Shown: positions 9,115 to 18,198 of the stretch, one piece after another | How positions within the stretch are numbered: the stretch's first letter is position 1 | Layout: each line of letters opens with the position of its first letter | Assembly (NCBI GenBank): GCA_903864915.1 | Contig: CAIPHS010000003.1 | Coordinates: 5,345-69,344 of the forward strand | Direction of reading: 5' to 3' | DNA from: an uncultured Candidatus Woesearchaeota archaeon | Lineage (GTDB): Archaea; Nanobdellota; Nanobdellia; UBA10117 | Length of the DNA stretch: 64,000 nt | The notes under the pieces: generated by a model | Told to the model about the DNA's origin: nothing | Database searches by the model: none | What the model saw: the letters and a program-made list of their open reading frames with translations, nothing else | Position numbers and translations under genes: made by a program

Positions 9115-10416
9115 ATGGCCATGGCTAGGCGAATTTCACTTTCATTTTTGCTAGGGTTATCTTTATTGAAAGCTGCGCTAGCAGCAACATCATTCGGGCC
9201 GAACAGCAAATTTCCTGACGCTGCAGTCAATGTTGTCAAGATATTCACATCAGAGTGGCCGCAGTACACTTTCGGTGTTTTCTACTTCCTAATCTTGATG
9301 GGCTTAATGATGGGCATCATGATATACGCTGCCCTGTCGAAAGCAAAGATTTTCGGTGATGAGATGGGTGGTGGAAAAGGCGGAATCAATGCTGCGCTTG
9401 CCATAATTTTCACATTGATTGTTGTAAAGTTCATGCCCTTTGTGTATTACTATGCTATTGCAATCTTGTTAATTTGCGTTGTCGTGATATTCAGCTTTTG
9501 GCTTTTGTTTGGGGCTATACTCAGACCAGTCAGCGATGCGGACGAAAATAAGAAAAATTATATCACCATGGCTATAATCGGGGTAATACTGATTGTTTTG
9601 GGGTGGATACTGTATAATGTTGGAGACTTTTTTGCATCTCTTGGCGTAAGGGGCTCGACATTGGCGCCAGCAATTATGATTGGCGGAGTAGTGGGATTCT
9701 TCGGTGTATTATTTGTTATCGCAGGAACAAGCGGAGTCGTTTGGAAATCTGCAGGTGCTGGCACATTTGGTGAAGGCGCAAGGCGTGTGCTTGGAATTGA
9801 AGAAGCTGGAGAGGAAGCTGTGGGAGCAAAGAAGGCTAAGTACTGGATAGATGAAGAGAAAGCATATTCTAGGGAAGTCAAAGGGCTTTTTGCAGAAGTT
9901 ATTCAATTGGTGCAGGCAGGGGATACTACAGCTGCGTTCAAGAAAGCCAAGAAGATCAGGGAAATTTTCAAGAAAAAGAAGGTAGAGTTGAAGAAAGCAA
10001 TGGCTGATACAGAGAGGGAGCTCAAGGTTATCAGGAACATGAGCAAGGAAGCCCGGAAAGACAAAGGCATCAAGAAGGAAAAAGTTGAGGAAAGCATCGA
10101 GCAATTAGAATTATTTATTGGCAAATTAGAAGGATATGCTGATGTCTTATTGCTGAAAGAAGGCCAGGGTTTGGAGCAAGTCATCACATTAATTCATAAT
10201 AAGCAAATGCAACCCGCATTGCTAGCTTTAAACGAGATAGCTGCTAATTATAATGTGCTCGAGGAAGAAGAGGTAAAGCTTAGCGGCGTTAACGAAAAAA
10301 TAATACAGTTAGATGCTTTATTGAGACAAACTGTCGGCGCCCCTGCAATACCAGCAGCAGGCGCAGTAGCAGCTGCAGGTCTCGTAGCCAATGTAGCAGG
10401 AGGATTACCACCTTAA
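9115..10416 (+). CDS. polytopic membrane protein with C-terminal coiled coil (433 aa), unknown function
   Basis: Signal-like N-terminus, about 6 TM helices, then a K/E-rich coiled coil and an A/G-rich tail. Shares the motif IYAALSKAKIFG with the ORFs at 15884 and 16548. Confidence 0.65.
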   Translation: MAMARRISLSFLLGLSLLKAALAATSFGPNSKFPDAAVNVVKIFTSEWPQYTFGVFYFLILMGLMMGIMIYAALSKAKIFGDEMGGGKGGINAALAIIFTLIVVKFMPFVYYYAIAILLICVVVIFSFWLLFGAILRPVSDADENKKNYITMAIIGVILIVLGWILYNVGDFFASLGVRGSTLAPAIMIGGVVGFFGVLFVIAGTSGVVWKSAGAGTFGEGARRVLGIEEAGEEAVGAKKAKYWIDEEKAYSREVKGLFAEVIQLVQAGDTTAAFKKAKKIREIFKKKKVELKKAMADTERELKVIRNMSKEARKDKGIKKEKVEESIEQLELFIGKLEGYADVLLLKEGQGLEQVITLIHNKQMQPALLALNEIAANYNVLEEEEVKLSGVNEKIIQLDALLRQTVGAPAIPAAGAVAAAGLVANVAGGLPP

Positions 10417-11405
10417 TGGCAGTTACAGATATAATTGGGGCTTTACCAAGAGTCATTCAAGTTATGCAGCAACTGGAACAAACTATGGCTGCCCAAGGTG
10501 TAAATATACCTGCCGAGATTCAAAAAGAAGAAGCGGGCATTGACATGATAGTTAAGAAATTTCAAAAATATGTTGCAGACATCCGTGCAGGGCATAGAAC
10601 AATTGAACCTAACGAAAAGGCGCCCTTCATAACGGAGCTTAATAATTTGCAAGCAGTCCTTTTGCGCTTGGATTCTGTAGCTCACAATGCAGGAGTCAAT
10701 GCTGTAGACCATCCAATAAGGTTGCTGATAAAAGAGCTTATCGCATTGCGCAATTTAGCCATCGCAGGGGCTAATGCCGCAGCAGGGGTACAGCAAGTAG
10801 TACAACAGACGTCGTACATAGAGACAAAACTTCTGAAATTCGACCAGCAGCTGAACACCTTTGTGACCGATTTAGGCAAGGAAGTCAAAATTGCTGAAGG
10901 GGACTTATACTCAGAATTAACGAAAGAACAGCAAACCATGGCAGAGACGCAAACCGCGCTGAAAGATTTGTCGGTTGCGGCAAACGAGTTACGAGCTATG
11001 AACTTTCTGGCAGCCTCTTTCGCAACAGAGTTGAAACAGGCAGGACAACTTTTACTAAATCTTAGAAGAGAAACAAGACCACAAGAGAAGTTTAAATCTG
11101 GTAATGCATTAAAAACAATGGATAACCGTCTCATCGCCTTAGAAGGTCCGTTGGTACTAAAAGTAACGGATGTGGAAACTAAAATTAACACAGCGATAAC
11201 CAATGCAAAGACCACGCTTGGTAACCAAGTAGTGGGTGAGAAGCTTGGACAAGCTGCACTAAAAAACGTAAGCAAGGCTCTTGCAGACACCAAAAAGATG
11301 GTGACGGACTTGGGTGCTCTAAAAACTGCCCTATTGCAAGAAAGGACTGACGCTCTGACAGAGTTAAATATCTTACACCAAGGACAATACGGTATTCCAT
11401 TATAA
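10416..11405 (+). CDS. all-alpha protein (329 aa), unknown function; paralog of 11474..12103
   Basis: Start overlaps the upstream stop (TAATG). The C-terminal ~200 aa align with the next ORF, e.g. ETKLLKFDQQL.TFV.DLGKEVKIAE and TNAKTTLGNQVVGEKLGQAALKNVSKALADTKKMV. Confidence 0.65.
   Translation: MAVTDIIGALPRVIQVMQQLEQTMAAQGVNIPAEIQKEEAGIDMIVKKFQKYVADIRAGHRTIEPNEKAPFITELNNLQAVLLRLDSVAHNAGVNAVDHPIRLLIKELIALRNLAIAGANAAAGVQQVVQQTSYIETKLLKFDQQLNTFVTDLGKEVKIAEGDLYSELTKEQQTMAETQTALKDLSVAANELRAMNFLAASFATELKQAGQLLLNLRRETRPQEKFKSGNALKTMDNRLIALEGPLVLKVTDVETKINTAITNAKTTLGNQVVGEKLGQAALKNVSKALADTKKMVTDLGALKTALLQERTDALTELNILHQGQYGIPL
11199..11304 (+). repeat. 106-nt block repeated at 11897..12002 with a single mismatch
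   Basis: Direct nucleotide comparison of the two paralogs shows one mismatch (gtagtGggtg versus gtagtAggtg). Flanking coding sequence is much more diverged. Confidence 0.9.
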
Positions 11406-11473
11406 TTTTTAGCAATTTCCGATAAGTTTATTAATAAAATTACACTACGAATACGTAATAGGAGGACTATGAT

Positions 11474-12103
11474 ATGTCAGTACAACCCCAACAAGTAGTG
11501 CAACAAGCAAGTGTAGTCGAAACAAAGCTTTTGAAATTTGATCAACAGCTAACTACGTTTGTGAATGATTTAGGCAAGGAAGTTAAAATTGCTGAAGAGG
11601 ATTTATACTCAGAATTAACAAAAGAACAGCAAACTATGGTGGAGACTAAAACCGTGCTTCAGGAGCTGTCAGCTGCAGGCCAGCAATTGCGGGCTCTTAT
11701 GTCAGCAGCAGGATACTTTGCTCAAGAATTAAGATTGGCTGCGCAAGTCATATTAGATATTAAACGAGCAACAAGCCCAGGGCAGAAGCTAAGTTTCGCT
11801 AATAGGTTGAAGACAATGGAACAGGCTTTAATCACCATGGAACAGCCTTTGCAACAAAATATAATAAATGTGGAACTCAAAATTAGTACTGCGATGACCA
11901 ATGCAAAGACCACGCTTGGTAACCAAGTAGTAGGTGAGAAGCTTGGACAAGCTGCACTAAAAAACGTAAGCAAGGCTCTTGCAGACACCAAAAAGATGGT
12001 GAGCGACTTAGGCGTAATTAAAGGCGAATTGATGCAGGAAAGGAATGATGCCTTGACAGAGTTAAATGTGTTGCACAAAGGTCAATTCGGTATACCAATA
12101 TAA
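11474..12103 (+). CDS. all-alpha protein (209 aa), shorter paralog of 10416..11405
   Basis: Aligns with the C-terminal two thirds of the upstream ORF. The C-terminus ELNVLHKGQFGIPI matches ELNILHQGQYGIPL. Confidence 0.65.
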   Translation: MSVQPQQVVQQASVVETKLLKFDQQLTTFVNDLGKEVKIAEEDLYSELTKEQQTMVETKTVLQELSAAGQQLRALMSAAGYFAQELRLAAQVILDIKRATSPGQKLSFANRLKTMEQALITMEQPLQQNIINVELKISTAMTNAKTTLGNQVVGEKLGQAALKNVSKALADTKKMVSDLGVIKGELMQERNDALTELNVLHKGQFGIPI

Positions 12104-12142
12104 CTAAGCAACCCTTTTATTTTTATCTCTTTCAATTTTTTA

Positions 12143-12994
12143 ATGAATGACATAGCAGACTTGTTTATCGCGCTCGAGAAGAGTTCTAAGGAAGTCTTGC
12201 TGCCTTTGCTGTATAAGATTGACCCTCACTCAGGCATCGATTACTCTGCTGACAATGGAGCAAGCCTTAGCACAAACCTCTCACTTAAGCTAACAGAACA
12301 AGGCATGCTTACTCTTTTGTTTAGCGGTTCTAACTATGGTGATGTCAAAAAAGCCAGAGAGGAAGACTGGCAGCGACTAGATCCGAAAATAAGCGAGCTT
12401 CCTAAAGATAAAAAGGACATAATTGAGCAACTTTTCGGTTTGGGTAATATTTGTGAAACGAGCTTTTCTCTGTATAATGAAGGTGAGTTAGGGGTTCACA
12501 TGTTCGAAGCATTTTTTGGCTCATCGATCAGAGAGGCATATAACCTGAAAGCAAAGTCTAAGGTGGATAAATTTGATAGTATGGATTTCTCGAAATGTTT
12601 TTCCATATCAGCCACATCATTCTTCCCAGGCACGCTCATTTGGTTGAGACCAGAACATATCGAATTTTCACATAACGGATTTTATAAAATAGAGAAAGGT
12701 GAACTAATTTTACCAGCTGGCAAAAAGAAAAGCGATTTGAAAGGCAGCTTTGCACCTAGCATACAGAAATATTTGGTGCCAATTGCAGAAAAACTGCAAA
12801 AACCAGTATCTGAGATATTCATTTTGCATTGTAAGGGTTCCATTGATTTTAAAATTTCCTGTGATGATATAAAAATAGGTTCGCAGGAATCCAAAATGCC
12901 TATGAAGGACTTAACCGATATGTTAACTAACTTAGAAACCGATTTAAGAAATACCTACGTTGATGCATGTAACGCAACTTGGCTAACTAAGTAA
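12143..12994 (+). CDS. hypothetical protein (283 aa)
   Basis: ORF track. Same strand and close spacing with its neighbours. No TM segment or motif recognised. Confidence 0.55.
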   Translation: MNDIADLFIALEKSSKEVLLPLLYKIDPHSGIDYSADNGASLSTNLSLKLTEQGMLTLLFSGSNYGDVKKAREEDWQRLDPKISELPKDKKDIIEQLFGLGNICETSFSLYNEGELGVHMFEAFFGSSIREAYNLKAKSKVDKFDSMDFSKCFSISATSFFPGTLIWLRPEHIEFSHNGFYKIEKGELILPAGKKKSDLKGSFAPSIQKYLVPIAEKLQKPVSEIFILHCKGSIDFKISCDDIKIGSQESKMPMKDLTDMLTNLETDLRNTYVDACNATWLTK

Positions 12995-13039
12995 ATAGCT
13001 ATTCGAAACAGTTTTATTCTCCCGTTTTGCTAAGATAGC

Positions 13040-13552
13040 ATGCCACAGACGTCTATGCAGGAGCTAAATGGGATTGCTGGCAGCTCTAAGGAATTTCTCA
13101 GCGAGCATCTTATGGATTTTCTTGAGACAACACAGACAAAGGATGTCGGTGCCAAGCTGAAGAATGATGCAGCCACAACATCATTGAAGCCTGTTGAGGC
13201 ATTTGAGCTTGAAGTAAAGGACAAGATGTCTAATGCTGCGCATGAAATCCTGCAATGCATCGAGAGGATTGAGGATGCCATGAAACAAAACACTGAGATG
13301 GATATCAAGAATTACCTAAGATATGCAAGGACTAATCTGGAGGAAGCTAACAGGGACATAGAGGCTGCAGAACAGGCCTACAAGGCCCTTGAAATATATC
13401 AAAGAAGGATAGAGAAGGCATCAGTGGTTTTGGGAAAAGAATTAGAGGTTATAATGACTGAGCTTTTCAACAAGATGGAGCAGCTGAAAAGCTACCAGAA
13501 AGTGCTGATGGAAAAATGCAGCATGGCGATCAACAATTCAGGAGTTGAATGA
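13040..13552 (+). CDS. hypothetical helical protein (170 aa)
   Basis: ORF track. Coiled-coil-like sequence. Its stop overlaps the next start (ATGA). Confidence 0.5.
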   Translation: MPQTSMQELNGIAGSSKEFLSEHLMDFLETTQTKDVGAKLKNDAATTSLKPVEAFELEVKDKMSNAAHEILQCIERIEDAMKQNTEMDIKNYLRYARTNLEEANRDIEAAEQAYKALEIYQRRIEKASVVLGKELEVIMTELFNKMEQLKSYQKVLMEKCSMAINNSGVE

Positions 13553-13854
13553 TGGGACTATTTACGCCTAAAGTTATTGATTATGCAGGCGAATTAACGC
13601 AAGAGCTAAGGAAGTTTGTAGCCTCAAGGAAAAAAGGCCAGGCGTCAAGAGCCATCGAACTGGAGATGAAGATGCGCAAGTACAGGGTGATGGCTGAAAA
13701 AATTCAGAATCCAGCTCATAAGAAAGAGGCTGATAACGCCATAAAGCACATTGAGAAATTATATAATGATGTTCTTGAAGCGCAGAGGCAGGGCGCAATA
13801 TCCAGGGAAAAAATAAAGGACCTGATGCACAGGATAGACCGGGAACTTACATAA
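13549..13854 (+). CDS. hypothetical helical protein (101 aa)
   Basis: ORF track. Translationally coupled to 13040..13552. Starts MMGLFTPK. Confidence 0.5.
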   Translation: MMGLFTPKVIDYAGELTQELRKFVASRKKGQASRAIELEMKMRKYRVMAEKIQNPAHKKEADNAIKHIEKLYNDVLEAQRQGAISREKIKDLMHRIDRELT

Positions 13855-13862
13855 CCGAGTGC

Positions 13863-15068
13863 TTATGCAACAGCCACATCTACTTCATCTTTACCCATTC
13901 TAGCTTTGACAACTTCTGGCGTGACTAGCATATACACGTTGTTAGGGTCTGCTTTCATGTTTGGTTCATCTATGCTTGAAAAATCATACATGTATTGTGT
14001 GCCAAGTTTGCGAGTTCCTTCGCTATGGGTGTGGAATGTTATCATGGTCTTGTCTGGATGCAGGCGCAGATATTCTGTAACTTCGTTTATTCCTGCGTCA
14101 CTGTCTTTTACCGTGCCTGCTGTACCTTCGCCAGTCATGATATAATCATCAATTACTAGGTTGTTGCCTTGCCTTCTGGCAAAAGCGCGTCCGCAGACTT
14201 CATTGTCCCGCTGCGTGTAAGACCTTAATTCATCCTCAAGGTTTCTAGGAAGAACTACTTTTACTTTGTCGTCTTTTTTCTCTTCTTTCTGTTCAGACCG
14301 TACGATGTCTTTAGGGTTTTCAGCCCTGTCTACTTTGGTTGCCTGCGCTTCAGCAGCTGCCTTTTGGGCTTCTGCCGCCTTTATAGCGCCTTCATATTGT
14401 GGCATGAATAGTTTCTCGTAAAATGTTTTTTTATCTTTTATTTGACTAAGTTGATCATACTGTGTCTTTATTTTTGGGAAGTTAGCTTGGAAATTTTGGT
14501 ATTCCTGTTCTACTTCAGGGCTGTCTTCTGCTGGCATTCCTTTCTTGTCGCCACCAACCTTGTCTTCTAGAGTTTCATCTTTCTTGGCTTCTTTCTTTTT
14601 CTCTTCCTTTGGCGTCTCTTTCTTTTCAGCTTTGTAGCTTACGAAGTAGGAATGGTAATTGCGCATTGCACCCAGAGCGTCTTCTGCAGCTCTTTTTGCA
14701 TAGTCTCCATGGCCTTCATTTGTGAAAGTCACGTTAACGGTGCCGTCAGCTTCGTTAACAGCTATTGTATAGGTAGTTTTCTCTGCAGGCCTTAGTATGC
14801 CGTCTATGAAGCTGTTGTATTTTATCTGGCCTGTCTGTACGATGCCTTTTCCAGGCTCGCTCTTTACTTCATGAGTGTTATATTCGTTACCAAGCAACCA
14901 GTCACAGATGCCTGTAGAAGTGCTGTTATCGTAAATATCATTAACTAAGTGAGTTGCAACATAGTGGATGCTCTTGCCAGCCTTTTCAACCTCTTTAGGG
15001 TCGATAGTGGCAGTTAGGGTTACGCTATCTTTCCCTTCGTTTACCGTTACGTAATCTTCAATTGACAT
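13863..15068 (-). CDS. protein with C-terminal JAB/MPN-like metalloprotease motif (401 aa)
   Basis: The C-terminus reads NEVCGRAF...ITFHTHSEG...FSSID, which resembles the JAMM E...HxH...SxxD pattern with a longer spacer. The track uses a TTG start at 15080; I prefer the ATG at 15068, preceded by GGAGG. The middle region is K/E-rich. Confidence 0.55.
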   Translation of the reverse strand: MSIEDYVTVNEGKDSVTLTATIDPKEVEKAGKSIHYVATHLVNDIYDNSTSTGICDWLLGNEYNTHEVKSEPGKGIVQTGQIKYNSFIDGILRPAEKTTYTIAVNEADGTVNVTFTNEGHGDYAKRAAEDALGAMRNYHSYFVSYKAEKKETPKEEKKKEAKKDETLEDKVGGDKKGMPAEDSPEVEQEYQNFQANFPKIKTQYDQLSQIKDKKTFYEKLFMPQYEGAIKAAEAQKAAAEAQATKVDRAENPKDIVRSEQKEEKKDDKVKVVLPRNLEDELRSYTQRDNEVCGRAFARRQGNNLVIDDYIMTGEGTAGTVKDSDAGINEVTEYLRLHPDKTMITFHTHSEGTRKLGTQYMYDFSSIDEPNMKADPNNVYMLVTPEVVKARMGKDEVDVAVA

Positions 15069-15069
15069 T

Positions 15070-15219
15070 TTAGCCTCCAATAATATCTAAAGTTACCTTG
15101 ACTATTGTGCCTGGTTTCAAAGCCTCTTGAAGCAATTTAGGTATAACTAGAATTGCTTGCTTGCCTTGTTTGGCTATCCTTTTTGTCAATGTATAACTTT
15201 TTTGTGTCATTGTTTCCAT
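15070..15219 (-). CDS. small AbrB/SpoVT-like (swapped-hairpin) DNA-binding protein, 49 aa
   Basis: Below the track cutoff. My translation is METMTQKSYTLTKRIAKQGKQAILVIPKLLQEALKPGTIVKVTLDIIGG. The 'G.Q..LVIPK.L...L..G..V' pattern is typical of AbrB/VapB-type domains. Its stop lies 1 nt before the downstream ATG. Confidence 0.5.
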   Translation of the reverse strand: METMTQKSYTLTKRIAKQGKQAILVIPKLLQEALKPGTIVKVTLDIIGG

Positions 15220-15258
15220 ATTGTTAACCTCTTATAGTCTTTCTATATGGAAAATATG

Positions 15259-15266
15259 TATATAAA
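15259..15266 (+). promoter_or_regulatory. candidate TATA box
   Basis: TATATAAA ends about 30 nt upstream of the ATG at 15296, in a divergent intergenic region. Confidence 0.4.
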
Positions 15267-15295
15267 GCTTTCGGTGTCTCAGGAACCCTTAAAAG

Positions 15296-15832
15296 ATGTC
15301 AAAATTGTGCTTAAAAAGCATGGGCAAACCGGCAAAAGAGGGCTACTTCTCGTTTGTTAGCGGCTTTAACCTCACCTTGGCTGAACTAAAAGCCATTAAA
15401 ATCTCCAACGAGCATCTAAGTTTCATATGGCTTAAGGTTTATGAAAAGCCAATTGTTTATGGCATAAGCCACTATAGGTCTGCGCCGGAAGGCACAACTT
15501 TGCGCATAAATGCGGACTATGGGAAATTTTTAAGCCTCAATAAGCCAGAATTACAAGATTTCAAATCTAGGGTAGAAGGCCTGATGGGGAAGATTGGTGG
15601 CAATCTGAGGGAGCTGGATGTGGTTTATAAGGGCAAGCACATCCGTTCAACTGTAGATATACAAAAGCCGTTAACTATGGACTTGGTTGCACTCTTGATT
15701 GCAGATGTTTATGATAAGCAACCATACGTGGTGAAAGACATACAGGCGAGTTTCAAAGACGTGCCCTTTAATATGGCTCTTGGAATTCCGTCAAAAAAGT
15801 TGGAAGCCAGCCATCCCATGGGCATAGGGTGA
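15296..15832 (+). CDS. hypothetical protein (178 aa)
   Basis: ORF track. No motif recognised. Confidence 0.5.
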   Translation: MSKLCLKSMGKPAKEGYFSFVSGFNLTLAELKAIKISNEHLSFIWLKVYEKPIVYGISHYRSAPEGTTLRINADYGKFLSLNKPELQDFKSRVEGLMGKIGGNLRELDVVYKGKHIRSTVDIQKPLTMDLVALLIADVYDKQPYVVKDIQASFKDVPFNMALGIPSKKLEASHPMGIG

Positions 15833-15883
15833 TTTTGCTTTTTAGATGAGAACAGCAAGGTTTATATTCAACGTTTCTTTAAA

Positions 15884-16501
15884 ATGAGTATGGCCCTGAA
15901 TTTCTTGTTTCAGAATGCATTCCAAGGCATGGCTGTCCAGACAACTGTACAGGCGCCTTTTGAGAAGATTTTCAGTTTATTAGCAGATTTCGGTCTCTTC
16001 AGAGTTATACTGCCCTTCCTGCTGATATTTGTCATATTTTACGCGATAATAACAAAGACAAAAGTTTTGGGAGGCCCGGATGACAGCTGGGTAAGACCTT
16101 CAGCCGCGGTAATCGGCCTGGTTGCCGGATTTTTTGTAGTGGCCTATACGCCAGTTGTAAGCGCATTGTATAGCATAATTCCGCAGGCTGGTTTCATACT
16201 TGTTGTCTTGGTTTTGATGCTGATGGTTTTGGGGATGGTTGGCGTCAATATTACGGATAAATTCTCAGACAAGATAACACCTATCGCTGGAATAATTGTA
16301 ATTGTTGTTGTTATAATCTTCATGACAATGGTAGGAATGGCGGTGGGGCCGTCAATACCTTCGCTGTACGCGTTCTCGCAGTTCATGATGGGTGCGCTCG
16401 CTTTGGATTTGCCAGCAGACACCATGGCAATGTTAATTGCCACGATAGTTTTGCTATCCATCATTGGCGGCGTGCTCTATTTTGTGACAAAGAAAACATA
16501 A
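15884..16501 (+). CDS. polytopic membrane protein (205 aa), paralog of 16548..17147
   Basis: The N-terminal motif FGLFRVILPFLLIFVIFYAIITKTKVLG is shared with the next ORF. About 5 TM helices. Confidence 0.65.
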   Translation: MSMALNFLFQNAFQGMAVQTTVQAPFEKIFSLLADFGLFRVILPFLLIFVIFYAIITKTKVLGGPDDSWVRPSAAVIGLVAGFFVVAYTPVVSALYSIIPQAGFILVVLVLMLMVLGMVGVNITDKFSDKITPIAGIIVIVVVIIFMTMVGMAVGPSIPSLYAFSQFMMGALALDLPADTMAMLIATIVLLSIIGGVLYFVTKKT

Positions 16502-16547
16502 CTCCGAGTCCAATATGTTTTTATAGCTCCTTTTTCATAATAAGACT

Positions 16548-17147
16548 ATGGCTACATTAGTGGATGCGGTGGGCTTGTTAGTGAAATTAGGCTTCTACGA
16601 CACTGTATTTCCATTCATCCTGATATTCGCAGGCACTTATGCGATGCTGACAAAATTCAAGCCGTTCGGCGAAATGAAAGCCATGAACGGCATGATAGCC
16701 TTTGTCATAGCGATGTTTTTCATATCAATGGCCAGGGCGGTTGCATTTGTCAGGGCATTGATGCCAACCATAACGATATTTATGGTAATGATAGTTGTTG
16801 CCCTGTTGATATTTACATTCATGGGCATCAAGGGTGAAACCATCTCAAAAGTTCTGACTGAAGAGACTGCAGGCTGGGCAACCATACTTTTGATTTTCAT
16901 AATAATTATACTTTCAGTTGTCGCGCAGGTTGTCCCCGAAGTTTCCATATCTTTGCAGAATCCTGTTTTGTCACAGCAGCTCAATTTGTCAGCATCCGGG
17001 ACACCGAGTGAGCAGGCAAGCTCGTTCCTTCTTACACAGACGATGTCTATACTATTCTCGCCAATGGTTTTGGGAATGATCATTATGCTGCTGGTGTTCG
17101 GAATCGCAATTTATTTCATAACCAGATCGCCCGATAAGAGCGGTTAG
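16548..17147 (+). CDS. polytopic membrane protein (199 aa), paralog of 15884..16501
   Basis: LGFYDTVFPFILIFAGTYAMLTKFKPFG matches the previous ORF, with a similar TM layout. Confidence 0.65.
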   Translation: MATLVDAVGLLVKLGFYDTVFPFILIFAGTYAMLTKFKPFGEMKAMNGMIAFVIAMFFISMARAVAFVRALMPTITIFMVMIVVALLIFTFMGIKGETISKVLTEETAGWATILLIFIIIILSVVAQVVPEVSISLQNPVLSQQLNLSASGTPSEQASSFLLTQTMSILFSPMVLGMIIMLLVFGIAIYFITRSPDKSG

Positions 17148-17200
17148 CATTTTAGGATTTTTGCAAAACCTATTTATGTCCAGCTTCCTTAGAAAAGACT

Positions 17201-17593
17201 ATGGCGAAAGGTGTTGTTCAGGTTGAAATAAATATAGAGGCAGAGATAATTCACGAACTTACAAACGCGATAGCTTTGATAAGGCAAATGTATGTTGGAG
17301 TGAAACAACCTTATGTTGTAAAAGCAATAGAACTTAGTATGCAGCGCGCAAGCGATAATAATCATAAATTAAAAAATCTGGAATATTATGAAAAGGCTTC
17401 CCAAAAATGGAAGAGATGGGAAATGGAAGAAATTAAAGATGCGCAAGAAATTATGATGGAGATTTCAGAAAAATTGGTGGATGTAAATTTCTTTGCTAGT
17501 GCTGCGTGGAAGAAATCAGCAATAGCAAAACTTGAACGAGCAATAGACATGTTCCACCAAATGCAAAAATATGAACTAAGAATCGGCGGATAA
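17201..17593 (+). CDS. hypothetical helical protein (130 aa)
   Basis: ORF track. No motif recognised. Confidence 0.5.
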   Translation: MAKGVVQVEINIEAEIIHELTNAIALIRQMYVGVKQPYVVKAIELSMQRASDNNHKLKNLEYYEKASQKWKRWEMEEIKDAQEIMMEISEKLVDVNFFASAAWKKSAIAKLERAIDMFHQMQKYELRIGG

Positions 17594-17595
17594 AT

Positions 17596-18198
17596 TTACT
17601 TTCTTCTTCGTTTTGGCTTGATGCCCCGCTCTTTTGCCTTGCCCACCACTTCCTGAAGGTCCTTTATGTTCTCAGTGAAGGTTGGCATTACAGTCCCGAA
17701 GACTTTTTGCATTGCTTTTAATTCAGTCCCGACATCTGCTATTCCCTTGCCATATTCATCCACTTTGCCAAGAATTTCCTGTATGACCATGTCCATTTTC
17801 TTTTCAAGGTTTGACATTCGTTCCTGCATGCCACCAAGGGATGCAGAGATGTCGTCCTGAGTTTTCTTCATCTCATCGATTTCCTTGCCGACCTTTTGCC
17901 ATTTCTCGGAAATTATGGCTTCTGCAATTTCCTCTATCTCTTCAGTTGTTGGTCTTGAAGGTGCAGGCATCGGCCTGAAAACAGGAGCGGGCGGCATGCT
18001 TTGCGGTAAAGTTTCAGAATATTGGGAAGTTGCTGGCCTCATTCCAAAAGCTTCAGCCCTGGATAAATCATTAGTTGCTGATTGCACTGGGCCAAAGCCG
18101 GTGAGATCGCGAGTTTCAGAAGGCATAGGTGGCAAAGTTGGTATTGGAGGCATAGCCATGCCAAAATCTTCTTCTTGTTTTTTCTTGAAGAATGCCAT
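17596..18198 (-). CDS. Pro-rich N-terminus + coiled-coil protein (200 aa)
   Basis: Starts MAFFKKKQEEDFG, followed by a P-rich ~90 aa, a coiled coil and a basic tail KPKRRRK. Start-stop overlap with the upstream gene at 18198. Confidence 0.55.
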   Translation of the reverse strand: MAFFKKKQEEDFGMAMPPIPTLPPMPSETRDLTGFGPVQSATNDLSRAEAFGMRPATSQYSETLPQSMPPAPVFRPMPAPSRPTTEEIEEIAEAIISEKWQKVGKEIDEMKKTQDDISASLGGMQERMSNLEKKMDMVIQEILGKVDEYGKGIADVGTELKAMQKVFGTVMPTFTENIKDLQEVVGKAKERGIKPKRRRK

